Part shown: in pieces, positions 1 to 7,371 of the stretch | Position numbering within the stretch: the first letter of the stretch is position 1 | Layout of the letters: the number at the start of each line of letters is the position of its first letter | Virus record (IMG/VR): IMGVR_UViG_3300021401_000004 | Span: 28,961-92,960 of that record | Length of the DNA stretch: 64,000 bases | Reading direction: 5' to 3' (one strand) | DNA from: a virus | Translations under genes and position numbers: made by a program | The notes under the pieces: model-generated | What the model saw: only the letters and a program-made list of their open reading frames with translations | What the model was told of the DNA's origin: nothing | Database searches by the model: none

Positions 1-2
1 GG

Positions 3-791
3 GTCGCACTCGGTGGAAAGCAAGTAATTATTTATGACGGCACGCCCGAAGATTTAGGGGCGAAGATGGCCGCACAGAATTCCGAGCTTATTAAGCTCAA
101 CCGCCGCCTCAATAAAGACCTTCGGCTATCGAGTTCCACGGTTGACCGGATTCCGGACAATATCTCGCGCTTTGATGAATCGAAGTACGATCTGAAGCCC
201 GAACCTTTGACCGCTGAAGAACGGATTCAGTTGGCGAGCGATATCAACGATCCCGAGAAGTTTGATAAGGCCGCCCAGCGGATTGTGCGGGCGCAGATCG
301 GCGATCCAGAGGTCCTGCGGACAAGATTGTCCCGCGTTGAACAGCGCCTTGACCGAGCAACCGTCCAAGAAGAAGCGATTGCGTTTAAGAACGCGACGCC
401 CGAATATTACCCGTGTGCGGGAAATCTCCAGACACTCGCCGCATGGATGCAGAAGAATAACCTTGATCCGGTTAAGGAAAACTTCCAGTTTGCTTTCGAG
501 CAACTGAAAGAATACATGACTCCGAAGCCCGAGCCCGTTGTACAGAAAACGGAGCCGGAACCGACCCCTCAGCCCGCGCCACAGCCTGCACCGAGGCCCG
601 TGAGTTCGGGATTGACTCGCTCGAATGGTTCCGATAGTGGGCCCGCGCCGAACATCGGGATCACCCGCGCCGAGATTGACAAGATGTCGGGTGACGAATA
701 CAAAAAGAAGCTGCTCCATGAGCCCGGATTTCGGGCGAAGGTCGAAGCTCTTGACCAAGCGGAAGTACAGCGTCGGCAGGCGAGGGCGTAG
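3..791 (+). CDS. Putative capsid scaffolding protein (5' end outside window)
   Basis: Frame is open from position 3. Helical/charged protein with a Pro-rich linker and short C-terminal helix (MSGDEYKKKL), upstream of the capsid gene. Confidence 0.55.
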   Translation, partial: VALGGKQVIIYDGTPEDLGAKMAAQNSELIKLNRRLNKDLRLSSSTVDRIPDNISRFDESKYDLKPEPLTAEERIQLASDINDPEKFDKAAQRIVRAQIGDPEVLRTRLSRVEQRLDRATVQEEAIAFKNATPEYYPCAGNLQTLAAWMQKNNLDPVKENFQFAFEQLKEYMTPKPEPVVQKTEPEPTPQPAPQPAPRPVSSGLTRSNGSDSGPAPNIGITRAEIDKMSGDEYKKKLLHEPGFRAKVEALDQAEVQRRQARA

Positions 792-1205
792 TTGATCCGG
801 AGATACGAGGATCGCGATTTCGCAGATGTCGCTTGGTTAAACCAAGTCTCTTATGCGAAGCCTTGCTCGGATGAAGAACTCCGAGAACGCCTGATGTTGA
901 ATCGGGCATGGGTCTACGAAGATAGCCCGATAGTTGTTGGAGCTTTGATAACTGACGAATATTTCGAGCGAGATTACATCTGGAGCGTCACCGTTGCCCG
1001 CAACTGGCAGAAGCGAGGAATCGCAACAGCTTTGATTGCACAAGCAGAGAAGAACTTCGGAGAACTTCATTTACACACTGAGCCTTTCTCCGAGGGTGCC
1101 CGATTGTACACGAAGCTCGGCTGGAAGCCCGTAAAAACAGAGTTTGACTACTACGGGCCCGGAGCCGATGCTGTTCTGATGGTGAAAAGAAATGTGGACG
1201 TTTAA
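792..1205 (+). CDS. GNAT (RimI-like) acetyltransferase
   Basis: Acetyl-CoA motif V..NWQKRGIATAL, plus A..LY.KLGW and YY..G.DA..M. Confidence 0.8.
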   Translation: MIRRYEDRDFADVAWLNQVSYAKPCSDEELRERLMLNRAWVYEDSPIVVGALITDEYFERDYIWSVTVARNWQKRGIATALIAQAEKNFGELHLHTEPFSEGARLYTKLGWKPVKTEFDYYGPGADAVLMVKRNVDV

Positions 1206-1590
1206 CATCAAAGCCGGGAAAGTATTCCATAACGGAGAATTCTTTTCTACGGGTTGGTCCGGGCATAATGTTCGGGGCGGAGTTCAAGGGCGCAACAATC
1301 CCGCGACTCAGGCTATTAAGGATATTGGATCATTGCCCGTGGGTAAGTATACAGCGGGCACGGCATACGATAGCCCGAAAACAGGGCCCGTGACGATCCC
1401 GTTGTCGCCCAAACCGGGAACAGAAATGTACGGGCGCGACGGCATGAAGATTCACGGTTGGCAAATCGGAACGGACCCGAATGATCCGTATAATCCGTCG
1501 TCTGACGGGTGCATTCAGCAGGGACGCCCGTATCGGGAAGCGATCAATTCGTCGCCCGATAAAGATTGGGAAGTAGTTTCGGGCGAGTAG
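1192..1590 (+). CDS. Tlde1/DUF2778-like L,D-transpeptidase-fold peptidoglycan enzyme
   Basis: GWSG..NNP..Q....G.LP.G.Y and catalytic-type IHG...S.GCI. Confidence 0.65.
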   Translation: MWTFNIKAGKVFHNGEFFSTGWSGHNVRGGVQGRNNPATQAIKDIGSLPVGKYTAGTAYDSPKTGPVTIPLSPKPGTEMYGRDGMKIHGWQIGTDPNDPYNPSSDGCIQQGRPYREAINSSPDKDWEVVSGE

Positions 1591-1673
1591 AGATCACGAT
1601 TTGTGATCTCAAGTTCATTTTCCGTATAAAACAAAGGAGGCGCACAATGACAACCTTTAAATAGGAGGTCAAA

Positions 1674-1859
1674 ATGCGTACAGAAGAACAGAAGTTCGCG
1701 ACCAAGCTCCGTAAGGCGGGGGAGCGGGCAAAACATCGCGAGAGAGTTTTCAAGAAACATCCGCCATCGGTTCGCTATGCGAAGTCGAAGTTCAAAAAAG
1801 GAACTAAGCGTCCTCGCAAGAATCGGAAGCCCGTAACTGTAAAGTTGGGCGTGCAATAA
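1674..1859 (+). CDS. Small highly basic protein
   Basis: AGGAGG ribosome-binding site; K/R-rich 61 aa. Confidence 0.6.
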   Translation: MRTEEQKFATKLRKAGERAKHRERVFKKHPPSVRYAKSKFKKGTKRPRKNRKPVTVKLGVQ

Positions 1860-2096
1860 GAACGCAGTCCTCAAGCCTACTAACAGTGCTGAAATCGAGG
1901 TCTATTAAGTCGGGCGGTAGGGCAACTTATCGCCCGCAAATTTTGAGTCGAAGGCCGGATTGCCCGAGACTCCCCAATTACGTGAGGGATTCACCTGGAG
2001 TTCTCTGACTCCAAGCCCGCAAGCCTATCGGATTATAGGTTGCCCGCGAGCGTAGTAGAGCAGCTTCGGCTGAACTTGACCTAAACAGGTGAAACT

Positions 2097-4726
2097 ATGG
2101 GCTATAGCCCGAGTTCTAATAACCAGTCAAACCTGCCTCAGTCCACGGTTCGGTACTACGACAAAAAGTTCCGTTAAATGGTTCTTGCGGAATAGGGTCG
2201 AAGCTCGTGTGCCAAGAAACAGGAGAACCTGAAGGCACAGACGCCGTTCGTCGCGTGTTCCGAACGTTTGGACCTCCCGATGAAATCTGGTAACCAGTAC
2301 AACTTGTATCAAACAGGTACCCTCATCGCGTAAGCGATGTTGAATAACGTGGCTATATCGGGGGATAACTCATTGAGTCAATCCCGAGGGAAGTCTAAGT
2401 GACCCCGTAGAGACTACACGCCGCGCCCCGGAAACGGGTGATGATATAGTCCGCACTTACGGGCGACCGTAAGAGGTTGGCAGTTATACTTGCCCGCCGC
2501 AACAAAATGGATGTATGTTCCCCTCGCGGCCAACACCAGTCAGACGACTGAAGGAACTGTTGGCGCGGGCGTGAGCGTATCTGTACTGAATACCTCGGCG
2601 ACAATCGGTGAGTTGATTTGCGGCTCACCATAAACTTGACTATATCGGTGGACATCTGCTATAATGGCAGACAATACCGAGCCAAGACTAACCGTTTTAC
2701 AAGCCTATTAAATAATCCAAAAGGATGGCTAGAATGTCAGACAAATCAAAATATTCGTACCTCGCTGGAATTATTGATGGCGAGGGCTGTTTTTGCATCG
2801 GAGCTGGACGACGCCAGAAGTGGGGCGTCATCAACTACAATCCGCAGATATTGGTTGGCAATACGGACCATAGATTGACTGCGTGGCTGAAGGAAAACTT
2901 CGGGGGCGTAACTTTTACGCAACGCCCGAATAACCCGAGATGCAAAATTCCGTCTATTTGGCGGTTGTCGAAAAAGAAGGACATGGAACTTCTTATTTTG
3001 GCAATCATGCCTTATCTGATAATCAAAAAAGAGCGTGCAATTGTCTTCCTAGAATTTCTACGGCTTCCGCCGACAATGAATCCCGAACGTCGGGAAGAGT
3101 TGTGGAAACAGTTGTCGATCTTGAATAAACGGGGAGTAGACGTAGAGACTAATACGTCAAGCAGTTCGGAAAACGAACTGAAGATAGAGTCCGAACTTAC
3201 TGGTGACAGTAAGAGTGGCCCTGTGGTGACACAGGAGACGGCGACGCCCGTAATGACTGCCTAAAAACAGCATTCCCAAAACACAGTTGACGCTGATTAC
3301 GCTAACTTCTCCAGCCTCAGTCTGGCGACCGCAATCGACAACACTGTCGAAAACGTCGCCCGAGAGATGGCCTACCGTCTCGGCGAGTCCCTGTCCGCTT
3401 TGGTTCGTGCAACTGCGGACGGCGCGAACTCCGTGGATTCTTCGGTCCTGACCAAACTGGCCGCGACCTCGACCACGAGCTTCACGACTCTCTCCTTGAC
3501 CTACATCCGAAACGCCGTGCAGTCACTTGCTGGGCGTTCGGTTCGCCCGTTTGACGAAGCTTCCAAAAACTTTGCTGGTGTGATCCATTAGGTTGCGGGC
3601 AACCGCATAAGGGTGGATATAAAATTCTCTCTGATTGACTCGAACGCTGAGATGCCAACGAGGGGCAAGTCAATATAGTTCCATAATGGAAACATATTGA
3701 CAGCCTGAACGACTAAGCGAGAGAACGTTCATGTCGCATGAACGATGCAATAGTCTGAACAGTACGGAAAATGAACGTACTGAAGTAAGCAGAAATGACT
3801 TGCTCGGGCAAATCGCCCGTAACAACTTGCCTTTTGCACTCGGCGATGTTTTGGCGGACAACTCGAACGATTCGCCAATCGATATCCTGAAGCGTACTCC
3901 GCAGGGTTACAGCCGCCTGGATGAAATCATCTCGACGGACTTGACCGAAGTCATTGAAATCCCGACTTCCGGCGTAAGCTTCTTCCAGTCAAACTTGGTG
4001 ACCACCAGCCCGAACTACAATCCGGGAACTGGCGCGGTTACGGGCTTGACTGCTCTGCGTACGTATATCTTCGGGCGCGATGGCATTTTCTCCATCAACC
4101 TCGGAGCGCAGGGTGACACCGGATACGGTGACGGTGAGTGGCGGAATATCCGTTTTTCATAATGTTTAGCGGATACAAAATTTCTTCTAATTGACTCGAA
4201 CCCTGGAATGGCAACGAGGCGCAAGTCCAGAAAACGGACAGCGTGAGAGACTAAACGAAGAAACGCCTTCGGGCGATGCAATAGTCCGGTCTTCACAGAA
4301 CAACAAATGTGAAGAGGCAAGCAGAAATGACTTGCCCGTCGAAAGACGTAACACAGACGTGCAACATCGTGCAAAACGCCGAGCCTTCGGTTGCGGACCC
4401 CAGCGGTCTAATTCCGGGGTGGACCAGCTATCGTGTTCACTTCACGACCAGCTTGGGTCCGGATACTACAATCCGTATGTCATGGTAAAGTCCTAATGCG
4501 GATTCAAAACTCAATCTTATTGACTTGAAACCTGAAATGGCAACAAGGCGGAACCCTTCGGGGACCGTGAGAGACTAAGCGATTGAGCGCCTTCGGGCGA
4601 TGCGATAGTCCGAACATACGGAAAACGAACCGTATGAGGTTGGCAGAAATGACCAATCTCAACAGCTTGTAAGTTGTTGATAACAAGGCGATTAGGGAAA
4701 TTGACGCGGCCAGCGCAATCAGCTAA
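2097..4726 (+). CDS. Major capsid protein (N4 gp56-like), 7 exons, 347 aa after splicing
   Basis: Exons 2097-2174, 2223-2309, 2511-2613, 3290-3588, 3830-4153, 4360-4476 and 4691-4726 total 1044 nt in one frame: MGYSPSS..YYDKKFR|ENLKAQTPF..LPMKSGNQYNLY|MYVPL..IGE|YADY..GVIH|PFALGD..NIR|CNIVQN..DPSGLIPGWTSY..TIR|IREIDAASAIS*. Every junction is exon-U / intron-G. Confidence 0.85.
2175..2222 (+). other. 48-nt group-I-like mini-intron lacking a catalytic core
   Basis: Begins with an in-frame TAA. The guide GTTCTT-GCGGAA pairs with 5' exon TTCCGT (U.G at the junction) and 3' exon GAGAAC. Ends in G. No P3-P8. Confidence 0.7.
2310..2510 (+). mobile_element. Group I intron 2 (201 nt, no ORF)
   Basis: P1 GTATC/GGTAC, P3 CGTGGC/GCCGCG, P7 AGAGACTA (2409) with GATATAGTCC (2443), P8 GAAA loop, P9 GCGA loop, terminal G. 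Confidence 0.88.
2614..3289 (+). mobile_element. Group I intron 3 (676 nt) with LAGLIDADG ORF
   Basis: P1 GGTGAGT/GCTCACC, AGAGACTA at 3144, GATAGAGTCC at 3183, terminal G3289. Removal restores E-Y-A-D-Y. Confidence 0.9.
2725..3264 (+). CDS. Single-motif LAGLIDADG homing endonuclease (intron-encoded)
   Basis: YLAGIIDGEGCF, FGG and PYLIIKKERA motifs. Confidence 0.9.
   Translation: MARMSDKSKYSYLAGIIDGEGCFCIGAGRRQKWGVINYNPQILVGNTDHRLTAWLKENFGGVTFTQRPNNPRCKIPSIWRLSKKKDMELLILAIMPYLIIKKERAIVFLEFLRLPPTMNPERREELWKQLSILNKRGVDVETNTSSSSENELKIESELTGDSKSGPVVTQETATPVMTA
3589..3829 (+). mobile_element. Group I intron 4 (241 nt)
   Basis: P1 ATCCAT/GTGGAT, P10 AAGG/CCTT, P3 TTCTCTC/GAGAGAA, P7 GACTA/TAGTC. 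Removal restores VIH-PF. Confidence 0.9.
4154..4359 (+). mobile_element. Group I intron 5 (206 nt)
   Basis: P1 TATCCGT/GCGGATA, P3 TTTCTTC/GAAGAAA, P7 AGAGACTA..AATAGTCC, terminal G4359. Confidence 0.9.
4477..4690 (+). mobile_element. Group I intron 6 (214 nt)
   Basis: P1 AATCCGT/GCGGATT, P10 CCTAAT/ATTAGG, P3 CTCAATC/GATTGAG, P7 AGAGACTA..GATAGTCC, terminal G4690. Confidence 0.9.
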
Positions 4727-4734
4727 CAAGCTGC

Positions 4735-4763
4735 TTGACAAACCGCTTCGGTTTTGCTATACT
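4735..4763 (+). promoter_or_regulatory. sigma70-type promoter for the downstream endonuclease
   Basis: TTGACA-17 nt-TATACT with extended -10 TG. Confidence 0.75.
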
Positions 4764-4851
4764 GATACTAGCTCCGTGAAATTCGGAGCGACAATTGGAA
4801 GGGTCGGGTGCCCAATCACTCGGCCCAACCAGTTCCCTATTGGGAGGGAAT

Positions 4852-5565
4852 GTGGACAAAGGAAATATAGTAGGTCAGAGGTACGAGCGGCTCGAAGTCC
4901 TGATGCCCGCTTGGATAAACGAAAAACAAAATCAAGTTTGGTTGTGCGTCTGCGATTGCGGGCAAATTCGGTTTATCACCACTGCCGTTTGGAATGCCCA
5001 AAGTCGCAAAAGTTGCGGGTGTTTGCGTCGGGAAGTTTCTCGCGGGCAAACAACGGCCATGAATCTGGCACGGGCGGGCCAACCGCGATCCGCCAAAGGC
5101 AAGATAGCGTCTCAAGCAGCTTGCAAGAAAATGAACGCGGTGCGGCACTCTCACGCCCGCCACGTTCTGATTAAAGTAGACCCCGAGCGTTTGGTGGGCG
5201 AATGTGATGTCTGCGGGGCCGTTCCACTCAAGATAATGAAGCACCGCGTCGGCAATCAACGCGACCAATATCTATGTTGGGTGGGTTCTTTGCGGGTTCA
5301 CAACGAATACGCGAATGCGAGAGTCCGTTATCCGAACCACGCCTTGGAAATGTTTAACAAACAGGCCAACGCCTGCGCGGTTTGCGACGGGCAGATGATT
5401 AGGGGCGATGGTTTGGCAAATGACGGTATGGTTCTAGATCACTGCCACACGACGGGCTATATACGCGGGTTTACGCATCAACGATGCAACAAAGGGCTTG
5501 CAATGTTTCTTGATCGTCCGGAAGTATTCCGCAAAGCCGCCGATTACTTGGAAAGAAATCGCTAG
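4852..5565 (+). CDS. Free-standing endonuclease VII-family homing endonuclease
   Basis: GTG start after GGAGGG. N-terminal WLCVCDCG..KSCGC module; C-terminal DHCHTTG.IRG...RCNKGL. Confidence 0.8.
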   Translation: MDKGNIVGQRYERLEVLMPAWINEKQNQVWLCVCDCGQIRFITTAVWNAQSRKSCGCLRREVSRGQTTAMNLARAGQPRSAKGKIASQAACKKMNAVRHSHARHVLIKVDPERLVGECDVCGAVPLKIMKHRVGNQRDQYLCWVGSLRVHNEYANARVRYPNHALEMFNKQANACAVCDGQMIRGDGLANDGMVLDHCHTTGYIRGFTHQRCNKGLAMFLDRPEVFRKAADYLERNR

Positions 5566-5578
5566 CCCGAGTAATTTT

Positions 5579-5740
5579 ATGAAACGCCTCCTAATCATCG
5601 CCCTGATTTTGCTCGCCTTGTTTTGTATCGGGCAACGGGCGATCATCATCGAATACGAGCACGACATCGATAAACTGCACCAGGAACTCAAGCCATCTGC
5701 GGGCGTCGAGAAACCTCCGGCCTGCTTCGACGAAGATTGA
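5579..5740 (+). CDS. Small membrane-anchored protein
   Basis: MKRLLIIALILLALF hydrophobic N-terminus. Confidence 0.5.
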   Translation: MKRLLIIALILLALFCIGQRAIIIEYEHDIDKLHQELKPSAGVEKPPACFDED

Positions 5741-5741
5741 C

Positions 5742-5770
5742 TTGACAAGGTTTCGGAAGTTTGGTAATCT
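5742..5770 (+). promoter_or_regulatory. sigma70-type promoter for the RNA cluster
   Basis: TTGACA-17 nt-TAATCT with extended -10 TG. Confidence 0.7.
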
Positions 5771-5953
5771 GTCTTTGGTCGATTATAGGAACGACAAATT
5801 ACGGGCTAGCTGACACTACCCGCGACAAATCGTTCGTCCTGTCAGGGAAAACCGGAAGTAATCATAGGAACCTTTCGGGCGACCAATTTGTTTTGTCCGT
5901 TTTCTGGACTGGTGGAGGCGGCGAACCTGCTGCCCTAAGCTTGTGCGGTGGCT

Positions 5954-6021
5954 ACGTACGTAGCTCAGACAGAGAGCACTGAGACCATAAATCTCAGGGT
6001 CGCAGGGTTAATGCCGTACGA
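5954..6021 (+). ncRNA. Degenerate tRNA-like element
   Basis: Acceptor CGTACG/CGTACG, D arm GCTC/GAGC after TA, anticodon-like stem CTGAGA/TCTCAG. T arm is reduced and there is no CCA. Confidence 0.5.
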
Positions 6022-6040
6022 GGCCCGCACAATTAAGTTT

Positions 6041-6360
6041 GCTCAGTTGAAGTGCTGTTAAGACGTGCAAGACCGGGCTTCGAAGCCCGCAGGTCCACCA
6101 GATCGCCCGTTAAGTCGGTCGGAAAACTTGACTTCGGGTTTGGCTGCCAATATTTGCAAACTGGTAATGGGCGACGTGACGGGCCTGAAATGGATTCGAT
6201 TGCGCGGACGAGATAGCATGGATGGGCACGGATGCTGTGGCCACGTTACGGACACAGAAACAACAACCGCTACGACTAAACCTCGGGCGTTTGCGGCAGC
6301 CGCTTAATAAACGGCCCGCACGGAGTCAGCCGGGAACTCTGGAAAATAATCCCGGCAACT
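6041..6360 (+). ncRNA. ssrA: Circularly permuted (two-piece) tmRNA
   Basis: Acceptor piece ends T-arm-CAGGTCCACCA at 6100. Coding piece starts GGGCCTGAAATGGATTCGA at 6181. 7-bp acceptor stem with G3.U70. Tag frame 6269-6307 reads ATTKPRAFAAAA*. Outer ends are approximate. Confidence 0.85.
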
Positions 6361-6457
6361 TTTGAATTTGCGGGTAACCCCGACCTGTTGGGTATTAGGC
6401 GGCGTACGAGGATGCAACAGGGAACTCCTCACGCAGAAGTCCTGCCCGTAATAAAAA

Positions 6458-6490
6458 CCGAGGCTCGGAGGCTAAACCTTCGGGCTTCGG
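6458..6490 (+). terminator. Strong hairpin after the RNA cluster
   Basis: CCGAGGCTCGGAGG..CCTTCGGGCTTCGG. No clear U-tract on the + strand. Confidence 0.35.
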
Positions 6491-6497
6491 GTCCAAT

Positions 6498-6710
6498 ATG
6501 AACTTTCCCAAGACAGTTCGAGTCTACGATGCTATTGCGGGTGATTTTGTGGACAAGAAAGTGCGCTACAGGGAAGAAAAACTAGCTGACGGGCTAGTCT
6601 ATCGCTCTTGGGTAGTTCCGAGCGACCAATCCGTCGAATACATACACAAGAACGGCGGAGTTTACAAACGTATTACGGCGGGCTTCAGTCTTTATACGGA
6701 AAACGTATGA
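6498..6710 (+). CDS. Hypothetical protein
   Basis: First of a translationally coupled small-ORF array. Confidence 0.55.
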   Translation: MNFPKTVRVYDAIAGDFVDKKVRYREEKLADGLVYRSWVVPSDQSVEYIHKNGGVYKRITAGFSLYTENV

Positions 6711-6850
6711 CCTACCACTCGAAATATCCGCAAACCGAAGATACCCAACAGAAGCTTATCAAATGGGGTTGGTGCGACACTCTTGTCCGCCCGCTGTATT
6801 GGAAAACCATTTACGAAGATAGGCGAGAGCGCCGTATTCTTACCACCTAG
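6707..6850 (+). CDS. Hypothetical protein
   Basis: ATGA overlap with the previous ORF. Confidence 0.45.
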   Translation: MTYHSKYPQTEDTQQKLIKWGWCDTLVRPLYWKTIYEDRRERRILTT

Positions 6851-6862
6851 TACGGAAAACGT

Positions 6863-7045
6863 ATGGAAGTTTTGATATGGTATAACTCGCCGTACGTTCC
6901 AAACGAGCCTGACGTTGTTTTTCTCTTCTCAAGCCCGCAGCTTGCCCGAAGATTCGTTAGTGATTTAGGCGATGTTCACGCGAGTTCTGTAAACAAATTT
7001 AGAGACCCGTTTAAAGCGGGAGTCGTTACGGTTGAAAACGTATGA
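6863..7045 (+). CDS. Hypothetical protein
   Basis: ORF in the array; ends VENV*, like 6498-6710. Confidence 0.5.
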   Translation: MEVLIWYNSPYVPNEPDVVFLFSSPQLARRFVSDLGDVHASSVNKFRDPFKAGVVTVENV

Positions 7046-7371
7046 CCTTCGAAGAATGGGCAGATCGGCTTGATCTTAGGGCGGGAGCCTTCGAGCAATT
7101 TCCGCCCGCAGGAATCAAAGACCCGTGGCGCTGTGACGGCCCTTGCAATCAGTTGATGTACGGGCAAGCTCGCGATAATAACTGGAACTACCCATCGCCC
7201 GAAGGCGTTCCGACAGGATATTTCTTGTCCGAAGAATACCCGCGAGTCTGCGACATCTGCTGGACATTATACAGCGTCCTGAAAGACCGAAGTTACTGGA
7301 CGACCCTGCTCGCAGAACGCAGCAAAGCTTACAAGAAATTAACCAACGGTGGCAATTATCTCTCAACGTAA
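7042..7371 (+). CDS. Hypothetical Cys-containing protein
   Basis: ATGA overlap; CDGPC and CDIC pairs. Confidence 0.55.
   Translation: MTFEEWADRLDLRAGAFEQFPPAGIKDPWRCDGPCNQLMYGQARDNNWNYPSPEGVPTGYFLSEEYPRVCDICWTLYSVLKDRSYWTTLLAERSKAYKKLTNGGNYLST

Noticed and set aside
2172-2225. T4 gene 60-style ribosomal bypass of the 48-nt gap
   Set aside because: The take-off codon would be CGT but the codon before resumption is CAG, and the internal CGT is out of frame. P1/P10 pairing fits splicing better. Not fully excluded.
3731-4496. ORFs 3731-4162 and 4191-4496 as independent genes
   Set aside because: The first is intron 4 sequence fused to exon 5. The second is intron 5 plus an out-of-frame reading of exon 6.
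2097-4726. Stop-codon reassignment to explain the broken capsid gene
   Set aside because: Other genes end normally in TAA, TAG and TGA, and the exons change frame across introns.
5954-6021. Functional tRNA-Met/Ile
   Set aside because: No TTC T-loop, abnormal anticodon loop register and no CCA. Kept only as tRNA-like.
6065-6307. 80-aa protein-coding ORF
   Set aside because: It overlaps the tmRNA; only its last 12 codons are meaningful, as the tag.
6695-6707. Repeated 11-mer as a boxB-like RNA hairpin (TACG-GAAAA-CGTA)
   Set aside because: Only a minority of copies can form the stem, and its fixed position in promoters points to a DNA-level role.
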